Source of the DNA: Candidatus Omnitrophota bacterium
Lineage (GTDB): Bacteria; Omnitrophota; Omnitrophia; Omnitrophales; Aquincolibacteriaceae
Direction of reading: 5' to 3'
Length of the DNA stretch: 64,000 nt
NCBI GenBank assembly: GCA_016930235.1
Contig: JAFGHI010000015.1
Span: 4,218 to 68,217 of the forward strand
Shown here piece after piece: positions 1-9,823 of this stretch. Numbering within the stretch: the stretch's first letter is position 1; the number at the start of each line of letters is the position of its first letter. The notes beneath the pieces are model-generated. The model was not told the origin of the DNA. It saw nothing but the letters and a program-made list of their open reading frames with translations, and did not search any database. A program made the position numbers and the translations under genes.

Positions 1-765
1 CCCTTTCATCCTCTCCATAAGTCCGTAATCAATGGAGATGTTCTCGAGTTTCGCGTAAAACTGGTGCATGCCCTTTTTGACATTGCCCGCGGTAATCTTT
101 TGAATGAGTCTCGCTATTCCTAAAAGATAACGGTCAGCCGCCATTAAGAGCTCATCCGCCCGCCAAAAAAACATCCCGCTATTCCACAAATATCTTTTAG
201 ACCTCAAAAACAATTTTGCTTTCTTCAAGGAGGGTTTTTCATGAAAACGTTTCAATCGATAATAAGCACATCCCCCGTATTGGCCGGCTAAACGATCCAT
301 CTCCAAATATCCGTAACCCGTGTGGGGAAATGTTGGGCGAATACCCAAAGTCACGGGCAAATGGGTTTTTTGCGCAATTCCATAAGCGGCTTTGACCGCC
401 CTTTCAAAAACACCCTCCTTGCTAATACAGTGATCTGATGGAAGAATCGCTAAAACAGCTTCCGGATCTTTCTTCAAGATCACAGAGGCAGCCAAAGCAC
501 TGCAAGGCGCCGTATTCCTGCCGATGGGTTCACCTATCACATGGGCTGATGGCAATCTCAAAAGTTTCTTCACGCAAGAAACCTGATCTTCTTGAGTCAC
601 AACAAGAATTCGAGAATTCGGGATGATTCCTTTGAGCCGACGGACAGTCTGTTCAAGTAGAGTTTTTTTACCGAAGATTTGAAGAAATTGTTTTGGCTTT
701 TTTTCTCGGCTCTCAGGCCAGAAACGGGTTCCTGACCCCCCTGCCATAATAACCGCCCAAAGCAT
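1..765 (-). CDS. manC: Mannose-1-phosphate guanylyltransferase (runs off the window edge)
   Basis: Manual translation MLWAVIMAGGSGTRFWPESR..KPKQFL..EPIGRNTAP..PSDH..TGYGY; the ATG overlaps the algC stop (TAATG). Confidence 0.93.
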   Translation of the reverse strand, partial: MLWAVIMAGGSGTRFWPESREKKPKQFLQIFGKKTLLEQTVRRLKGIIPNSRILVVTQEDQVSCVKKLLRLPSAHVIGEPIGRNTAPCSALAASVILKKDPEAVLAILPSDHCISKEGVFERAVKAAYGIAQKTHLPVTLGIRPTFPHTGYGYLEMDRLAGQYGGCAYYRLKRFHEKPSLKKAKLFLRSKRYLWNSGMFFWRADELLMAADRYLLGIARLIQKITAGNVKKGMHQFYAKLENISIDYGLMERMKG

Positions 766-2138
766 TAGAGTGTGCGCCTCAGAGTTTGGATTTGTTCTTC
801 CACGATGTCGCGAATCTCATCCAGCCGTTTCTGACTTGTTGCCTCAAACCGCATCACCAAAGCAGGTTGCGTATTGGAAGCCCGGACAAGTCCCCATCCA
901 TCCTCAAATTCAACCCTTGCCCCGTCAATATCGACGACTTTATATTTTTCCTTGAATGCCCTAATCGCCTCTTCGATTAATTTGAATTTGATCTCATCAG
1001 GACAATCGACGCGAATTTCAGGGGTTGAAACCGTAGGGGGCAAATCCGAAAGGAGCCCGGATAAAGGCTCTTTGTGGTCATCGACGATTTCAAGCATCCG
1101 GCATGCTGCATAAATGGCGTCATCAAAACCCAGCCACCGGTCAACGAAAAACATATGCCCGCTCATTTCTCCTGCCAATTCAGCTTTCGTTTCTTTGATT
1201 TTAGCCTTAATCAGGGAATGCCCTGTTTTCCACATAATAGGATGCCCGTTTCTCTTAGCGATATCATCATAAAGAACCTTGGAACATTTCACATCGCCAA
1301 TAATCGTTGCTCCGGGTTTTCGTTTCAAAATGGCCCGAGCATACAACAGAAGAACGCGATCCCCCATGATAATTCCACCTTTTTCATCAATCACGCCTAT
1401 ACGGTCAGCATCTCCGTCAAAAGCAACTCCAATGTCCGCTTTCTCAGCTTTGACTCTTGCCTGGATATCTTTGAGATTTTCCATAACAGTCGGATCGGGA
1501 TGATGATCCGGGAAACGGGAATCCAGGTTCGAATAAAGCTCAATCACTTCATGCCCCATTCGACGGATCAAATCCGGCGCCACAATTCCGCCCATTCCAT
1601 GACCGGAATCAACCACCACTTTGAGTTTCTTCTTAAATTTAAATTTTTCGATAACAAACCGCTTGTAATCTTCAATGATTTCTCTTTTCTCAACTCTGCC
1701 TTTGCCGGACACAAAGTTTTCACTGTCGATAATTTCTTTGAGTCGCTGGATCTCTTCACCAAAAAAAGGCCTGTCCGAGAGATGGAATTTTATCCCGTTA
1801 TATTCAGGTGGGTTATGAGATCCTGTTATCGAGATACCTCCATCGAGTTTGAAAAAAGACACTGAGAAATAAAGCAAGGGGGTCGGAATAAGTCCTAAAT
1901 CAATAACATGAAGACCGCCTTCTTGAAGGCCTTTTACGAGGCCTTTTAATATCCTCTCCGAACTCGACCTCATATCATGGCCGACAGAAACCTTTTTTTT
2001 GCCTTCTTTGACAAGAACAGTCGCGAAAGCTCGAGCGATCCGGTAGACAACATCGTCATTTAATTCAATCGCTGATTGGTCAGGAAGATCCGCTAAGCCG
2101 CGGATATCGTATTCTCGAAAAATATTATCTGGTATCAT
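765..2138 (-). CDS. algC: Phosphomannomutase/phosphoglucomutase
   Basis: IFREYDIRG, TGSHNP, FDGDADR and GEMSGH motifs; start moved to MIPDNIF because the longer ORF overlaps a tRNA. Confidence 0.93.
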   Translation of the reverse strand: MIPDNIFREYDIRGLADLPDQSAIELNDDVVYRIARAFATVLVKEGKKKVSVGHDMRSSSERILKGLVKGLQEGGLHVIDLGLIPTPLLYFSVSFFKLDGGISITGSHNPPEYNGIKFHLSDRPFFGEEIQRLKEIIDSENFVSGKGRVEKREIIEDYKRFVIEKFKFKKKLKVVVDSGHGMGGIVAPDLIRRMGHEVIELYSNLDSRFPDHHPDPTVMENLKDIQARVKAEKADIGVAFDGDADRIGVIDEKGGIIMGDRVLLLYARAILKRKPGATIIGDVKCSKVLYDDIAKRNGHPIMWKTGHSLIKAKIKETKAELAGEMSGHMFFVDRWLGFDDAIYAACRMLEIVDDHKEPLSGLLSDLPPTVSTPEIRVDCPDEIKFKLIEEAIRAFKEKYKVVDIDGARVEFEDGWGLVRASNTQPALVMRFEATSQKRLDEIRDIVEEQIQTLRRTL

Positions 2139-2214
2139 AAAAATAGTAGCGCACAGCAAAGAGATACCGTCGCCTAGCTGATCGCTACTCCCTTGTTTTG
2201 AATGTTCAGTTCTA

Positions 2215-2299
2215 TGGTGCGAGCGAGAGGACTCGAACCTCCATGGCTTGCGCCGCCAGCCCCTCAAGCTGGTGTGTCTGCCAATTCCACCACGCTCGC
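2215..2299 (-). tRNA. tRNA-Leu(GAG)
   Basis: Cloverleaf with long variable arm, anticodon arm CCAGC-TTGAGGG-GCTGG, GTTCGAG T-loop, encoded CCA. Confidence 0.95.
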
Positions 2300-2312
2300 A
2301 AAAAGGTTAACG

Positions 2313-2660
2313 TTACTGAAGATTCGCCTTCTTCTTGCGTTCCTTTTTAAGAGAAGTTTCGACACGCCGAAGTTTATCCGCATGCCTTTTTGTCTCACCA
2401 ACCAGACGCTTGATCTTAGCATCTTTCAGCGAAACGTCACTGCTCTTCTCAGAAGCCTTATCGTAGACATAATGGCCGATTTCCGCAAACTTTTGGCTCA
2501 GTTTATGTTCTAACGTCGCTTTTTCGATAAATAGGCGCGTCACTTGTGCAGCTTCACCCGCCTTTTCCGAAAAAACTTTCGCGGATTGCTTAGCAATTTC
2601 AAAAGCCTGATTAATGGCCTTTTCTGTCTTCTCATAAAGCAATTTTCGGTCCACGGTCAT
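2313..2660 (-). CDS. Hypothetical helical/coiled-coil protein
   Basis: 115-aa ORF with GGAGGG RBS, between two tRNAs. Confidence 0.75.
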   Translation of the reverse strand: MTVDRKLLYEKTEKAINQAFEIAKQSAKVFSEKAGEAAQVTRLFIEKATLEHKLSQKFAEIGHYVYDKASEKSSDVSLKDAKIKRLVGETKRHADKLRRVETSLKKERKKKANLQ

Positions 2661-2805
2661 TCCCTCCGTTGTTGATTAAACTATGATTATACCTCTTAAT
2701 CCCTATTAACGAACAGCCTTGCCCTTCACTACTAAAATACTTGGACATCCGCCTTTCGACTCCGCTCAGTCTTGTCCCCAGTGCTAAGCGTCTTTTGTCG
2801 AAGCG

Positions 2806-2876
2806 CTGGGGGACCTGGATTCGAACCAAGACTAAGTGGTCCAGAGCCACTTGTGCTACCATTACACTATCCCCCA
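2806..2876 (-). tRNA. tRNA-Gln(CTG)
   Basis: TGGGGGATAGTGTAATGG..AGTGG-CTCTGGA-CCACT..GTTCGAATCC; CCA not encoded. Confidence 0.95.
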
Positions 2877-3119
2877 ATATAATTAGGCAACATACCGTTT
2901 TTAAAACTAACCTTTCGAATGGAATTACCCATCCTAGCGCTTTATCGCAAATGCCCTTTTGAATAGGTAACAACGCCATTACAAAAAGTTATTTAGCTCG
3001 CAAACGACTGGATCCTATGATGCCTGCGGGGGTTGCATTATAGCTGGTCTGGAAGGGGTTCTTCAAGATTTATCATTATAAGCGAGAAACGCAGATCTTA
3101 TAGGCCGGTGGTGCAGTTC

Positions 3120-3731
3120 TTATCTCTCATCCTGGGCAATGACGCCACCAATCCCTAACAGACTTCTTACCTTGTCAATAAGGATATCACTAAGAAAAGG
3201 TTTGCCCATACAATCTGAGACACCTGCCGCTAAAATATCCTCGCGTTTTCCTTTATTGGCAAGTGATGTTATAGCGAGAACAGGGATATCCCTTGTCTGT
3301 GGATTTTCCCTGATTTTTCTGCACACCTCAAACCCGTTCATCCCCGGAATCACAAAATCAAGCATAATGAGATCCGGATGCCACCCTTCCCCTAAGAGAG
3401 TTGCATGATAACCGTTTTCTTCCGTCCGGACTTCAACTCCGAGCTCACCTTTTAATAAATCACGCATAATTTCAAGCAAATCCTTTTCATCTTCGACCAC
3501 CAGGACCCTAAAATGGCCTGGGATGAGATCCCATGAAACGGATCGATCCTCTAAGTGTTTTTTTAAAAAATTCTCTACCATCGGCCTCGAGAAACGCCGG
3601 TGACCGCCTAAGACCTCAAAAGAAGCTATCTTCCCCTCCTTTAACCACTGAAAAACATCTTCCTGCGTAACTTGGCACATCTGGGCAAGATCATAAGGTG
3701 AATAAATACTCTTTTTTAAAAAAGGTTCCAT
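3120..3731 (-). CDS. Response regulator with N-terminal Xis/MerR-like HTH and C-terminal receiver domain
   Basis: YSPYDLAQMC..WLKEGKI..GGHRRF followed by VLVVEDE, DLIMLD, PGMNG, KPF. Confidence 0.85.
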   Translation of the reverse strand: MEPFLKKSIYSPYDLAQMCQVTQEDVFQWLKEGKIASFEVLGGHRRFSRPMVENFLKKHLEDRSVSWDLIPGHFRVLVVEDEKDLLEIMRDLLKGELGVEVRTEENGYHATLLGEGWHPDLIMLDFVIPGMNGFEVCRKIRENPQTRDIPVLAITSLANKGKREDILAAGVSDCMGKPFLSDILIDKVRSLLGIGGVIAQDER

Positions 3732-3738
3732 TGATTTC

Positions 3739-4080
3739 CTATCCTGGCGGCCAAAGCATCGGCCGTCCGCTTAGAAGATGACAGTGAATGTGAAAAACCG
3801 ATTGGCCCGCCTCCTCGCCATTATTCAAAACAAGCCGGTAGTGTTTCCAACCTTTCTTCTGAGCGATGTTCTTTGCTCCTATCAAAACTTGACCGATAAG
3901 GTCCCTGTCCGTTTCTTTCAAATCAGAAACCGAGGCCACATGTTTTTTAGGTATGACTAATAGGTGCGCGGGAGCTTGCGGATGAATATCGCGAATGGCG
4001 ATCAAATCATCATCTTCATGCTCAATTTTACAAGGCATCTTCTTTTCAATCATCTTACAGAAGATACAATCAGACACCAT
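3739..4080 (-). CDS. hinT: Histidine triad (HIT) nucleotide-binding protein
   Basis: DCIFCK, GQSVFHIHCHLL, WPPG. Confidence 0.93.
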   Translation of the reverse strand: MVSDCIFCKMIEKKMPCKIEHEDDDLIAIRDIHPQAPAHLLVIPKKHVASVSDLKETDRDLIGQVLIGAKNIAQKKGWKHYRLVLNNGEEAGQSVFHIHCHLLSGRPMLWPPG

Positions 4081-4146
4081 GCCCCCTTTGGGTTTTCTCT
4101 TATCCGAAACCTCGAACCCTAACAGCTATATTCTTATCTCTATGAC

Positions 4147-5451
4147 TTAAGTATCGGACATTTTGAGGAATTTTTTCACTCGTTCGAGACAAATTTCTTT
4201 CCCCAAAAGACTCATCAGTTGAAAAAGACCTGGGCTCCCCGTCCTTCCTGTCATCATGAATCGCAAAGGATGGATAATCTCTTTTGCTTCGAATCCGCAC
4301 TGGTCAGCCCATTGGCGCGTTAAACGTTCAATCTCCTTATCATTTTCGAAATCAGCCCCTCGCGAAACATTCTCTGCCCAACCCTGCAGACATTGGATCA
4401 ATGGCTGATTGCTTAAGATCTCGGCCTTCAATCCTGCCTCATATTCTCCAACGTCACGAAAGCAATAATTCGCTTGTTCTATAAACTCACCCAGGAATCT
4501 TATCCTAGGCCGATAAAGCATGACGAGTTTCTCCCATCGTCCTTTGGGATACTTTTTGGATTCTTCCGGATAAAACGAAGTCATCAGGCTTACATAATCT
4601 TGGTCCGAAAGGTGTTTCATATGCTGGGCATTCACCCAGTCTAGCTTCTCTTCATCAAAGCGGGCGTTACTTTTATGTATTCTCTTGATGGAAAACTTCC
4701 CGACCAGCTCTTTTAATGTAAAAATTTCATGATCCCCGGGAGTACTCCAACCAAGCAAGACCAGATAATTCAATAACCCTTCGGCAAGATATCCTCTCGA
4801 GCGAAATTCCGATAAGGCCGTTGCACCATGCCGCTTCGACAGTGGCGTACCATCAGTCCCCAGGATCAAAGGTAAATGAACATACTTAGGGGGCTTCCAC
4901 TCCATAGCCGCATAGAGCAGAAGTTGCTTGGGCGTATTGGTTAAATGGTCTTCCCCCCGAATCACATGGGAAATTTCCATCTCATGATCATCGACAATGC
5001 AAGCCCAATGATAGGTTGGATTCCCATCAGACTTGATCAGGACAATATCATCAAAGAGTTTTGTATCCACACGAATTTCACCGTGAACAAGATCATGAAA
5101 CACTGATTCCTGAACCGGGATCTTGAATTTAATGGCTTCTTGACCATCTCGGGATTCCCGATAAGCAAGGCCGCGATTCACAAGTGACTCGGCCAGTTCA
5201 CGATAATGAGCCACTCTCTGACTTTGCCTGACAAGATCCCCGTCCCATTCAAGCCCAAGCCATTTCATGGATGCGAGGATATCCTCTTCAAATCTTTTTT
5301 CGGAACGTTCGCGGTCCGTATCTTCAATCCTCATTAAAAAATGCCCCTTTTGATTGCGTGCGTACAGATAATTAAAAAGTGCCGTCCGGACACCCCCGAT
5401 ATGGAGATAACCCGTCGGAGAAGGGGCAAATCGGACACGAATACTATTCAT
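4147..5451 (-). CDS. gltX: Glutamate--tRNA ligase
   Basis: RFAPSPTGYLHIGG, RGEDH, LSKR. Confidence 0.95.
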   Translation of the reverse strand: MNSIRVRFAPSPTGYLHIGGVRTALFNYLYARNQKGHFLMRIEDTDRERSEKRFEEDILASMKWLGLEWDGDLVRQSQRVAHYRELAESLVNRGLAYRESRDGQEAIKFKIPVQESVFHDLVHGEIRVDTKLFDDIVLIKSDGNPTYHWACIVDDHEMEISHVIRGEDHLTNTPKQLLLYAAMEWKPPKYVHLPLILGTDGTPLSKRHGATALSEFRSRGYLAEGLLNYLVLLGWSTPGDHEIFTLKELVGKFSIKRIHKSNARFDEEKLDWVNAQHMKHLSDQDYVSLMTSFYPEESKKYPKGRWEKLVMLYRPRIRFLGEFIEQANYCFRDVGEYEAGLKAEILSNQPLIQCLQGWAENVSRGADFENDKEIERLTRQWADQCGFEAKEIIHPLRFMMTGRTGSPGLFQLMSLLGKEICLERVKKFLKMSDT

Positions 5452-5507
5452 GGGACCTAATGTGATGGGATAACCCTGATCGATCAGTCCCCCTATAAGA
5501 AAAAGGA

Positions 5508-5876
5508 CTATTCAGGTGATTTTTTTGATTCAATTGACCGCACAAGACTTTTGACACGTTCCAACTCGAGAGGCTTTCTCAAACAAGCAATGGCTCCTAA
5601 CCCAAGGACTTCGCGTTCTTTGTTGGGCGGCATATATCCAGACATAATCGCTACAGGTGTGTTTCGAATGGCCTTGATTCTTTCAAAAACCTCCCGGCCT
5701 TCCATCTTGGGCATCAAAACATCCAAAAAAATGAGGTCATAGGCCTTCTCTTTGATTTTTTCAAGAGCTTCTTCGCCTCCAAGCGCAATATCAACCTCAT
5801 GATTTTCCTCGATCAAAATATCGCGGAACTCTTCGCAGATAAGCTTTTCATCATCGACAATCAATATCGTGGCCAT
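5508..5876 (-). CDS. Single-domain response regulator
   Basis: ILIVDDE, LIFLDVLMPKMEG, KP. Confidence 0.9.
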   Translation of the reverse strand: MATILIVDDEKLICEEFRDILIEENHEVDIALGGEEALEKIKEKAYDLIFLDVLMPKMEGREVFERIKAIRNTPVAIMSGYMPPNKEREVLGLGAIACLRKPLELERVKSLVRSIESKKSPE

Positions 5877-5911
5877 TCTTGGGGTCTCCTTACACAAGCT
5901 TTCTTGAGAAA

Positions 5912-6745
5912 TTACGATGGAAATTTAAAATTTTCCCTGAGCGTCGCAAAATAGCTCCGTTTCGAACTTTTAACCAATCTCAACGGAGTACTTGAACGCG
6001 TAATTTCGATACTATAGCTATCGTCGATTTCAAGATTTTCTTGACCATCCGCCGTCAAAAGCCCCCTTGCGGTATCCTGTCCTCCCTGAATCCGAATCGA
6101 TATCCTTTCGCTTCCTCCGACCACGATGGTCCTTAAAGCTGATGCATGAGGGCAAATGGGTGTAATGATAATGGCATCCAGCTTCGGATGAACAATCGCG
6201 CCACCCGCAGAAAGCGAATAAGCAGTCGAACCCGTTGGGGTCGCCACAATGACCCCATCACCAGAATAAGTGGTTAAATTCTCCCTCCCGACACGAACCT
6301 CCACTTTCAACATTCTTGAAAGACCTTCCCGACTTACGACCATATCATTTAAGGCAACTAACCGCCTTTCCTGACGAGTCTTCTCATTACGTGCCGAACA
6401 AGCCAGCATCAAACGTTCCTCAACTTCAAATTTGCCTAGAAAACAAGCATTGAGCTCCTCAAAGATTTCACTTTCTTTAACTTCTGTCAAAAAACCTAAA
6501 GCGCCCAAATTCACCCCTAGCACCGGAATAGGTTTCTGTTTGAGATGGCGCGCGACTGAAAGAAGAGTCCCATCACCCCCAAGACAAATCACCAAAGAAG
6601 CCTCTTGGAGAATTTCATCCATCGGATGCGTGGAGGAATCTTGTACAACAACGTCCCTCTTGGAAAGCCACTCCTGGAGTTTCGGCAATAATCTTTCAGC
6701 CTGGGGTTTACGCGCATTAACACAAATAGCCACTTTCTTGATCAT
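5912..6745 (-). CDS. nadK: NAD(+) kinase
   Basis: GGDGT, LND, TPTGSTAYSLSAGG. Confidence 0.95.
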   Translation of the reverse strand: MIKKVAICVNARKPQAERLLPKLQEWLSKRDVVVQDSSTHPMDEILQEASLVICLGGDGTLLSVARHLKQKPIPVLGVNLGALGFLTEVKESEIFEELNACFLGKFEVEERLMLACSARNEKTRQERRLVALNDMVVSREGLSRMLKVEVRVGRENLTTYSGDGVIVATPTGSTAYSLSAGGAIVHPKLDAIIITPICPHASALRTIVVGGSERISIRIQGGQDTARGLLTADGQENLEIDDSYSIEITRSSTPLRLVKSSKRSYFATLRENFKFPS

Positions 6746-6748
6746 TCT

Positions 6749-8668
6749 CTAAGACCTTTCGGGTAAAGAATACGAGTCTTTGATTTTTGTCATTTCCAAT
6801 ACACAATCAGCCACCTTCTGAGCCGATAGCCCAAAAGTATCAAAAATTTGCTCCCTTGAACCATGCTCGATAAATTGATCGGGCAAGGCAAAACGATGCA
6901 GGTTCACTCCTGTGAGATGATGACGCTCCAATAACTCCAGAACCCGCGCTCCAAATCCTCCGGCATAGACATGTTCTTCAATCGTAAAAAGCCACTTGCT
7001 TCTTTCAAGCGAACTAAATACCAAAGACGCATCCAAGGGCTTTGCAAACCGCATATTGACCACACGGGCATCCACCCCTTCCCTCTCTAATATTTCAGCG
7101 GCTTCAAGCGCAATAACCACCGTACTCCCCAAAACCAGGAGCGATACGTCACGACCCTCCCTGAGGACCTCCCCTTGCCCGATATCAAAGGGTGTCGATT
7201 TAGGCAACTTATCATAAATCTTGGGAATATTCGCACGGGGAAACCGAATAGCAAAAATATGGGGATAATGAACGGCTAATTTCATCATCTGGTTCATTTC
7301 CGTTTCGTCTTTGGGCGCCCCAATCACCGTATTCGGAATATGGGAAAGAAAACTAATATCAAAAACCCCATTATGGGTCGCTCCATCAGCTCCGACAATG
7401 CCCGCCCGATCAATCCCCAAAATAAGAGGTTTACGTTGTAAAGCCACATCATGGATCAAGGAATCATGGGACCGTTGAAGGAAGGAAGAATAAATCGCGC
7501 AAACGGGTTTCAAACCTCCCGCTGCTAAAGCGCCGGCAAATGTTACCGCATGTTGTTCAGCAATTCCGACATCAAAAAAGCGGTCAGGAAATTCCTTTTG
7601 GAAGGTATTGAGTCCTGTCCCTGACGGCATAGCCGCTGTAATCGCAACGATATCTTTTTTCTCTCTGGCAACCTTAACCAGGCTTTGGACAAAGGCTTCC
7701 GTATAGGAGATCCCTTCTTGTTTATATTTTTTGAGCTCTTTCGTCCCTTGGACTTTTTCACCCGTCTTCACATTAAAAGGACTTACCCCATGCAACCGTT
7801 CGGCATCTTTTTCAGCAAAGGCATACCCCTTCCCTTTTTGGGTAATCACGTGAAGGAGACAACACTCGTGAAGCGAGAGAATTTTCTTCAGCGTCTTAAT
7901 CATTCCGACGACATCATGCCCGTCAATCGGGCCAAAATAACGAAACCCAAGCTCTTCGAAGATGACCCCCGGAACAAAGATATGCTTCATCCCTTCCAAA
8001 CTTGTATTGGCAAACCGGCGCAAACGGGGAAACCGATCAAGCTGTTTTTCCACCTCTTGACGAACTTGGTTATAAATTGGATTTGTGATAACTTTATTAA
8101 GATACTTGCTGATGGCCCCGACATTTTTCGAAATCGACATTTCATTATCATTCAGGATCAGCAACATATCCTTTTTCATATGCCCCGCGTTATTCAGCGC
8201 TTCATAAGAAAGTCCCGCCGTTAACGCACCGTCTCCGGCAACCGCAACCACATGATTCTTTTTCTTCTTGATATCCCGCGTCACAGCCAATCCCAGGGCT
8301 TGAGAAATCGCGGTCCCTGCATGACCGACGATAAAAGGGTCATGTTCGCTTTCAAACGGAGAAGGAAAACCGCTAAGTCCCCCGGGCTGTCTTAACGTTA
8401 ACATTCGATCACGACGCCCCGTAATCATTTTATGCACATACGCCTGATGCCCTACATCCCAGCAAATCTTATCTTCGGGGGAATTTAAAACATAATGGAG
8501 AGCAATACAAAGCTCGACCGTCCCCAAACTTGCACCTAAATGTCCTCCGGTTTTGGAGACTGCTTTAATGAGGAAATGACGGTATTCCCTGGCAACTTCG
8601 GACAGTTTTGCCAAAGGAACTGCCTTCAAATCTTTCGGTGAATTGATTTTGTTAATCCACTTTAGCAT
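6749..8668 (-). CDS. dxs: 1-deoxy-D-xylulose-5-phosphate synthase
   Basis: GGHLG, WDVGHQAY, GDGA..NDNEMSIS, DRAGIVGADGATH. Confidence 0.96.
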   Translation of the reverse strand: MLKWINKINSPKDLKAVPLAKLSEVAREYRHFLIKAVSKTGGHLGASLGTVELCIALHYVLNSPEDKICWDVGHQAYVHKMITGRRDRMLTLRQPGGLSGFPSPFESEHDPFIVGHAGTAISQALGLAVTRDIKKKKNHVVAVAGDGALTAGLSYEALNNAGHMKKDMLLILNDNEMSISKNVGAISKYLNKVITNPIYNQVRQEVEKQLDRFPRLRRFANTSLEGMKHIFVPGVIFEELGFRYFGPIDGHDVVGMIKTLKKILSLHECCLLHVITQKGKGYAFAEKDAERLHGVSPFNVKTGEKVQGTKELKKYKQEGISYTEAFVQSLVKVAREKKDIVAITAAMPSGTGLNTFQKEFPDRFFDVGIAEQHAVTFAGALAAGGLKPVCAIYSSFLQRSHDSLIHDVALQRKPLILGIDRAGIVGADGATHNGVFDISFLSHIPNTVIGAPKDETEMNQMMKLAVHYPHIFAIRFPRANIPKIYDKLPKSTPFDIGQGEVLREGRDVSLLVLGSTVVIALEAAEILEREGVDARVVNMRFAKPLDASLVFSSLERSKWLFTIEEHVYAGGFGARVLELLERHHLTGVNLHRFALPDQFIEHGSREQIFDTFGLSAQKVADCVLEMTKIKDSYSLPERS

Positions 8669-9494
8669 GAACTTTCTTGGGCATCCTTTCCAACAAATAA
8701 TTGGCTAATGCAATCAGTTTGGCGCTTCGCTTACCAAGAACGCGAACTTCGCGCTTTGCTTGAGCGATAAGATCGCGGACTTTTTGGCGCACTTCCCGTA
8801 TTTTCATGAGTTGGAGATATCCATCACCGTCCAACATATCATCGATCGATTGAAAAGCGAGCCCCAAAAGTTCTCCATACTTAGCAATGTGTTGAAAACC
8901 CTTGGGTGAAGCACCGCCCATCACAGCACCCGCCACAGCGCTGACCTTGATCAATTTACCTGTCTTGTGAATATTGATGTAGTCCAACATAGGTAAACTG
9001 AGAGTTCGATCGGAAGATTCGATATCGGCAACCTGGCCTCCGATCATACCATAAGAGCCCGCAGCCGTCGATATCTCCCCGATCAACCGAACGGCTTTTT
9101 CAGCGGATGAAATTTGGGATAAAACATTAAACGCGAGGGTCAACAAACCATCCCCCGTTAAAACCGCGATGGATTCTCCGAACTTCTTATGTACAGTAGG
9201 GTTACCGCGTCTTACCGCATCATTATCAAGCGCCGGCAAATCATCATGCACCAGGGAATAAGCATGAATAAGTTCAATCCCGGCAGCGGCTAAACGGGCG
9301 TCTTCCGTCTTACCTCCAGCGGCCTCAGCTGCGGCCAATGTCAAAACCGGCCGAAATCTTTTGCCTCCATGCAGCACAGCATACCTCATCGCTTCATGAA
9401 TCACATTCGGGTATTGATTCCCCTGGGGGAGAATCTCATTGAGCGTTTTTTCGATCAGCTGGATGTAATTTTTAAAATAATTTTCATACTTCAA
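8652..9494 (-). CDS. ispA: Farnesyl/geranylgeranyl diphosphate synthase
   Basis: GGKRFRP, HDDLPALD..RRG, KTG, FQSIDD; canonical xseB-ispA-dxs order. Confidence 0.92.
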   Translation of the reverse strand: MKYENYFKNYIQLIEKTLNEILPQGNQYPNVIHEAMRYAVLHGGKRFRPVLTLAAAEAAGGKTEDARLAAAGIELIHAYSLVHDDLPALDNDAVRRGNPTVHKKFGESIAVLTGDGLLTLAFNVLSQISSAEKAVRLIGEISTAAGSYGMIGGQVADIESSDRTLSLPMLDYINIHKTGKLIKVSAVAGAVMGGASPKGFQHIAKYGELLGLAFQSIDDMLDGDGYLQLMKIREVRQKVRDLIAQAKREVRVLGKRSAKLIALANYLLERMPKKVHAKVD

Positions 9495-9823
9495 AGCAAC
9501 AAATCCTCGTCATCATTCAGGTTTGTTTTGGACGTTAAACTTGCCTTTTTTGATTTCTTCTTAGGAGCCGACGACGGGCCTGCTCTCTCCCCGTCCTCAT
9601 CATACTCAAAAGACTCTTTCGTTAAACTCCCATCCAAAGCGCGGTTCAATATCTCTATTTTCTTCTCAGCCTGACCTAATTTCTTCTGGCAAATCCCCGA
9701 CAACTGGACGCCTTCCTCATACTTTTTGAGGGCTTCCTCCAAAGATATTTCTCCCGCCTCGAGATCTTCCACAATTTTTTCTAATCTCTCCATCGCCTTC
9801 TCAAACTTGATTTCTTCAGCCAT
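9491..9823 (-). CDS. xseB: Exodeoxyribonuclease VII small subunit with C-terminal extension
   Basis: FEKAMERLEKIVEDLEAGEISLEEALKKYEEG. Confidence 0.93.
   Translation of the reverse strand: MAEEIKFEKAMERLEKIVEDLEAGEISLEEALKKYEEGVQLSGICQKKLGQAEKKIEILNRALDGSLTKESFEYDEDGERAGPSSAPKKKSKKASLTSKTNLNDDEDLLL

Noticed and set aside
1074-1865. 263-aa plus-strand ORF, and similar long antisense ORFs at 44083-44877 and 41315-41947
   Set aside because: They are antisense shadows of well-supported genes and contain no recognisable motifs
2139-2267. N-terminal extension of the 500-aa PMM ORF
   Set aside because: It overlaps tRNA-Leu(GAG); family similarity starts at MIPDNIF
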